Source: an uncultured bacterium (GTDB lineage: Bacteria > Verrucomicrobiota > Kiritimatiellia > RFP12 > UBA1067). From it: a DNA stretch of 64,000 bases. Each line of letters opens with the position of its first letter. Position 1 is the first letter of the stretch. A model generated the notes under the pieces. It was not told the DNA's origin. It was given only the letters and a program-made list of their open reading frames with translations, and searched no databases. Positions 60,125 to 64,000 of the stretch are shown here, in pieces. Both the position numbers and the translations under genes were made by a program. The stretch covers positions 571-64,570 of the forward strand of contig CACZCD010000008.1 of assembly GCA_902779565.1 (NCBI GenBank). The letters are read 5' to 3'.

Positions 60125-62473
60125 ATGAAACTGACATCAATGGCTTTTGCGTGCAGTGTAGTCGCCACGTTGGCGTTCGCTTCGCCCGCCTTCTGTGAGG
60201 ATGCCTACATCGAAAATGCGAATGGCAACCAGTATTTCAATACAGGCCACTTCATCGGGCCGCATACCCGAATCGAAATCGACCTCCAGCTGCTGGAAAT
60301 CAAAGGGCAGATACAACCATTTGGCGTGTTGGGCTCTGTTGACGACACGCTTCCCTTTTGCGCGCTATACCTTGGACAGGCGGTGACGGACGGCCCTTGG
60401 GTCTGGTCCTATCAAGCATCAAAATCCGATTATACCTCGCAGGCGTGGAACGCAGGGGACTGCCCAGCCGATCTTGAACGACACAAGATCGTGCTCGACT
60501 TCAATTCAAGTCCCAAGAAGTTTGAGGTGTGGACGGGGGGCACGAAGAACATTGACAGGAACTTGGCCGCCGTTCCTGACGGAACGCAGACATATCCGCT
60601 AGGTCTTTTTGCAAGGTGCTGTCGCGAGTATGGAACATATTCGTCTGTGAAAAGCACATTCGATAACCCTGCCAAGATGCGGCTCTACAGTTTCAGAATC
60701 TACGAATCGGGCACGCTTGTGAAGGAGTTCCTGCCGTGGGTGAAAGGCGGCATTGCGGGCTTGAAGGAAACAAGGTCTGGCCAGTTCCATTCGGGCGAAA
60801 ACGCACGCGCCTGCGTCGCGGGCGGCGATGTGACGATTGAAAAAGACGACCCTTATGTCTCGATGCCCGACAACACGATTGCATCGGCGGCGGTCAAGGG
60901 GAAGTCCCTTTACTTCAACACGGGCTATACTTTCAAGCCAACGTCCAGGATGGAGCTCGATTATGCGTTGCTGACGCCAGATTGGACGGCCAGCACCAAA
61001 TGGTCCTATGAGGCACATGTGTTTTTTGCCAATAGTTCCAGCCAAATGCTGTATCTTATGCCGTATGGAAAGGACAGCGCCGGATGCTATTACTACAAGG
61101 TCGGCTCTCAAGAGAGCCGAGTCAGAGAAGTCGGCTTGGATTATGCCTACAATGTTCGCAGAAAGGTTTCAGCAAGCGCAAACAATATTCGACTGGAGAC
61201 CGCTGGCTATACAAACTTCAATATCACGTCCTCCAGTCCCGTAACGGCGAATTTGAATTCTACGTTGCTTCAGATCGGCCTCCGCTCCGGCAGTTTCCCT
61301 ACGATGCCGATGAAGATCTATGGACTCAAGATCTACGAGACGGAGGGAGGCATTGAGACATTGGTAAGAGACTACCGGCCGTGCATCTCCAACAGCGTAC
61401 CGATTCTGCGTGACGTGCTAGCCGCGCCGACTCTGGGGCTTCTCCCCACGGTGTACGGTAGCCGCAACTCGACGACGTACGGCAGCCCCGACACTAACGC
61501 CCACACGAACATCGTGTGCGAGGCCGGTGGCGACATTCAGGGGGACGAGGCGGCGAAGGAGGCCTACCTCGACTTCGACGGTGTGGACGGACATCTGATC
61601 AATACAGAATATGTGGTTACCAAGGATAGCCGGGTCGAGACGGACTTCGCCGTATGGAACAACAATTTCAGGCTTTCCGCCACTGCTGCTCCGGTATTCT
61701 TCCACCAGAAGAGCGGTACCGACGGCATTTGGTTCAGCCTTTATTATCCGTCCGGCGCATTCCGATATGGCTGGCGCTTCACGGATTACAATACCGGAAA
61801 GAACGAATGGGTCAAGAAGACGTTCATTACAAATGAACGAGTGAAGTTCGTTTTCGATGCGCCGAATAATACTCTTACGTCATATAGGGGAGGCGTAGCG
61901 CTTGAATCCTTGACACTGGCGCAGGGCACGGGTGCAACTCTTAACTCCACTACGTGTTCAACGACTCTTCGGATTGGAGGCAGTTGCGATGGCAGATATG
62001 CGGCCGGCATGCGCCTCTACAGCGTGAAGATCTACAAGTCAGGCGTTTTGGATAGGTGCTTCGTGCCTTGCCTGACGAACGGCGTGGCGGGGTTGTACGA
62101 GACCTGCCAGAACAGGTTCTTCCCGCTCACGGGCGGCAAGGTGCGCGGCAAGGGCTACCAGGGGCAGACCGGCGAATTTGAGATTTCGCCGCAGCCGGCG
62201 ACGCTCACGTACAAGGAAGGCGAGAACTCCACCACGCTCACCTGTCTTGCCGCCGGCGCGCAGAGCTACGAATGGTACGAGGATGGTGTTCTCATGCCTG
62301 GCGAGACTTCGGATTCACTGACGTTGACATGGATACACACCAAGGCAAAGTCTCAAACCCACACCTATTCCGTCAAGCCAATCTACACGGTATTTAATGA
62401 GAGGGTCGTCGGGGAGCCTGTTTCGGCAACGGTGGAATATACGCCGCTCGGTACCAGAGTCATCATCAAGTAG
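60125..62473 (+). CDS. secreted triple-repeat protein with C-terminal Ig-like domain, family B copy 2
   Basis: MKLTSMAFACSVVATLAFASPAFC signal peptide and the same three-repeat architecture (MRLYSFRIYESGTLVKEFLPWVKGGIAGL, MKIYGLKIYETEGG, MRLYSVKIYKSGVLDRCFVPCLTNGVAGLYE). AGGAG SD at 60111-60115. Confidence 0.6.
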   Translation: MKLTSMAFACSVVATLAFASPAFCEDAYIENANGNQYFNTGHFIGPHTRIEIDLQLLEIKGQIQPFGVLGSVDDTLPFCALYLGQAVTDGPWVWSYQASKSDYTSQAWNAGDCPADLERHKIVLDFNSSPKKFEVWTGGTKNIDRNLAAVPDGTQTYPLGLFARCCREYGTYSSVKSTFDNPAKMRLYSFRIYESGTLVKEFLPWVKGGIAGLKETRSGQFHSGENARACVAGGDVTIEKDDPYVSMPDNTIASAAVKGKSLYFNTGYTFKPTSRMELDYALLTPDWTASTKWSYEAHVFFANSSSQMLYLMPYGKDSAGCYYYKVGSQESRVREVGLDYAYNVRRKVSASANNIRLETAGYTNFNITSSSPVTANLNSTLLQIGLRSGSFPTMPMKIYGLKIYETEGGIETLVRDYRPCISNSVPILRDVLAAPTLGLLPTVYGSRNSTTYGSPDTNAHTNIVCEAGGDIQGDEAAKEAYLDFDGVDGHLINTEYVVTKDSRVETDFAVWNNNFRLSATAAPVFFHQKSGTDGIWFSLYYPSGAFRYGWRFTDYNTGKNEWVKKTFITNERVKFVFDAPNNTLTSYRGGVALESLTLAQGTGATLNSTTCSTTLRIGGSCDGRYAAGMRLYSVKIYKSGVLDRCFVPCLTNGVAGLYETCQNRFFPLTGGKVRGKGYQGQTGEFEISPQPATLTYKEGENSTTLTCLAAGAQSYEWYEDGVLMPGETSDSLTLTWIHTKAKSQTHTYSVKPIYTVFNERVVGEPVSATVEYTPLGTRVIIK

Positions 62474-62487
62474 CAATCAGGGAGGAT

Positions 62488-63426
62488 ATGATGCAAGGGA
62501 AATTCAGGGTAGGGGTGATCGCGTTCCTCATCTGCGCTCTTGCGGGTACGACCTATGGATCGACGCGGCTTCTCTACTGGAACATCCAGGACGGGATGTG
62601 GGATGGTCAGACCGACAACTTCAACCGTTTCGTCGCGTGGGTGCAGAAGCAGTCGCCGGACATCTGCGTCTTCGCGGAGGTGCGGACCAAGCGGCAGACG
62701 GGCAAGACGGACCATGTGAAAGACGAATCGCAGCGGATTCTCCCCGCCGGTTGGCCGGAGCTGGCGGCGCGCTATGGGCATGGCAACGTCTGGATCAGCT
62801 CGGACAATCCGAAGTGCTACATGCAGGGCATCACGTCGCGCTTCCCCATCGAGAGCGTCGCCAAGGATCTCGTGCCGACCGGATCGGGATGGGCGCGGAT
62901 CCGGGTGGGCACGAACGTCTTGAACTTCGTGACCGTCCATCTCAACTGGACGCCGTGGGGGCACGGCTGCAAGACGGACGCGGAGCGCAAGGCCAGCGCG
63001 GCGAAATTCGGCGGCGATCTGGCGCGGCGTGACGAGATTGAGACCGTTCTCAGAGGGTCGTTCTTCACGGTGCCGGACGCATCAAACCAGTTCTGGGTCG
63101 TTGCGGGCGACTACAATGCTCGTTCGCCGGTCGATAGCCGGATGTACGATCTTCCGCTCGATTCCCCGCGCTACGCTGTCCATCGGTGGTTGATCGAAAA
63201 CACGCCGCTCGTCGATCTCATGCACGAATGGTTGCCGGGCGATTTTCAGGTCACTTGCGGAGCGAAGTCGCGCATAGACTATGTTTACATGACGCGGGGG
63301 CTCTACGACCATGTGCTGGAGGCGCGGGTTGTTGTTGATCGCTATACGCGCCCGACCTACGCGGGAGTGAGCGACATCTGGCGTCCCTCCGACCACCGCC
63401 CGATCCTCGTCGATCTCGATTTCTGA
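62488..63426 (+). CDS. secreted endonuclease/exonuclease/phosphatase (EEP) family protein
   Basis: Signal peptide. LLYWNIQ, CVFAEV, AGDYN and a terminal PSDHRPILVDLDF. Confidence 0.75.
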   Translation: MMQGKFRVGVIAFLICALAGTTYGSTRLLYWNIQDGMWDGQTDNFNRFVAWVQKQSPDICVFAEVRTKRQTGKTDHVKDESQRILPAGWPELAARYGHGNVWISSDNPKCYMQGITSRFPIESVAKDLVPTGSGWARIRVGTNVLNFVTVHLNWTPWGHGCKTDAERKASAAKFGGDLARRDEIETVLRGSFFTVPDASNQFWVVAGDYNARSPVDSRMYDLPLDSPRYAVHRWLIENTPLVDLMHEWLPGDFQVTCGAKSRIDYVYMTRGLYDHVLEARVVVDRYTRPTYAGVSDIWRPSDHRPILVDLDF

Positions 63427-63506
63427 TGCGCTCGGAGAACAATTAGCAACATCCCATGTAAATCTCACGCAGAGATGCTGAGAGCGCAGAGAGAACAGGA
63501 GAAAAA

Positions 63507-64000
63507 TTGATTAATAAGTGCTCTCTTACAGTAGCCGCAGTGCTGTGTGCGGCGGTGGCCGTCGCGCACACGACCATAGACAATCTGCGCGTATGTCACC
63601 TTGTGGATCCCTCCGACATCGTGCGGCCTGTCTTTTCGTGGCAGATGCAGACGGAGCGGCGGGGGGCGGAGCAGAAGGCGTACGCGATTGAGCTGCGTAC
63701 CGCGTCCGGCGAGAATGTCTGGCGGTCAGGCAAGATCGGCGAGGCGGCGTCCCATGCCGCGCCCTACACGGGCCCTGCGCTGAAGAGCGCCACGCGGTAC
63801 ATCTGGTCGGTTGCCGTGACGGATGAGCGCGGGCGTGAGACCTCTTCTAAGCGAGCGGCATTTACGATGGGGCTGATTACGGATGCCGACTGGAAGGGCA
63901 GCGAATGGATCGCCGTGCCGAACGGGACGACGGATGTTTCCGAAGAGGCGCGTAGCCGTCGGCGTGCCATGCCGGGTGCTTCATGTTTCGCGAAGCGTCT
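63507..64000 (+). CDS. alpha-L-rhamnosidase (GH78) N-terminal part, partial (runs off window end)
   Basis: AGGAG SD then TTG 63507, then a signal peptide. PVFSWQMQTERRGAEQKAYAIELRTASGENVWRSGKI...YTGPALKSATRYIWSVAVTDERG matches the GH78 N-terminal domain pattern. The ORF is open to the window end, so it is absent from the ORF track. Confidence 0.65.
   Translation, partial: MINKCSLTVAAVLCAAVAVAHTTIDNLRVCHLVDPSDIVRPVFSWQMQTERRGAEQKAYAIELRTASGENVWRSGKIGEAASHAAPYTGPALKSATRYIWSVAVTDERGRETSSKRAAFTMGLITDADWKGSEWIAVPNGTTDVSEEARSRRRAMPGASCFAKR

Overview
This is a 64-kb bacterial chromosomal window with high G+C (roughly 60-65% judged by eye on sample lines, not computed). The gene content includes autotransporter-associated beta-strand-repeat giants, a PF12831-type FAD oxidoreductase, heparinase II/III and many signal-peptide or Tat proteins. 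That suggests a glycan degrader from the PVC group (Lentisphaerota, Kiritimatiellota or Verrucomicrobiota-like); this is inference only. Left third: alaS, a metallophosphoesterase, a TrkA(RCK)-NSS-AGCS transporter operon, an FAD oxidoreductase, dgoD and a secreted EEP enzyme. These are followed by two paralogous ~1,290-aa adhesin-like genes that are both interrupted in the same 18-codon linker, then heparinase, an M14-like peptidase, a methyltransferase, murI and araB. Centre (about 27.9-44.8 kb): horizontally acquired DNA. It starts with a 1.3-kb insertion bounded by a 116-bp duplication of the araB 3' end. A ~15-kb lower-GC defence island follows. The island carries two RhuM/PLD-like genes, an Mrr-like nuclease, an ABC-ATPase::TOPRIM fusion (OLD/PARIS-like), a type III R-M system, two DUF1016 nucleases, and a tandem-wHTH regulator embedded in an array of 18-bp palindromes. 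Recurring junction modules stitch these genes together, and no integrase or transposase is present. Right third: buk-pta, a XylR-like regulator with sugar-related enzymes, a duplicated set of secreted triple-repeat proteins with partner proteins around a NarL-type two-component system, and a partial GH78 rhamnosidase at the window end. Two oddities recur across the window. Tandem TAG-containing heptamer arrays place stop codons in all six frames at gene boundaries. TGnTATAAT boxes sit 6-8 nt upstream of ATG codons, implying leaderless mRNAs. I recognised no tRNA, rRNA, CRISPR array or cas gene by eye. All family assignments come from motif recognition only; no searches were run.
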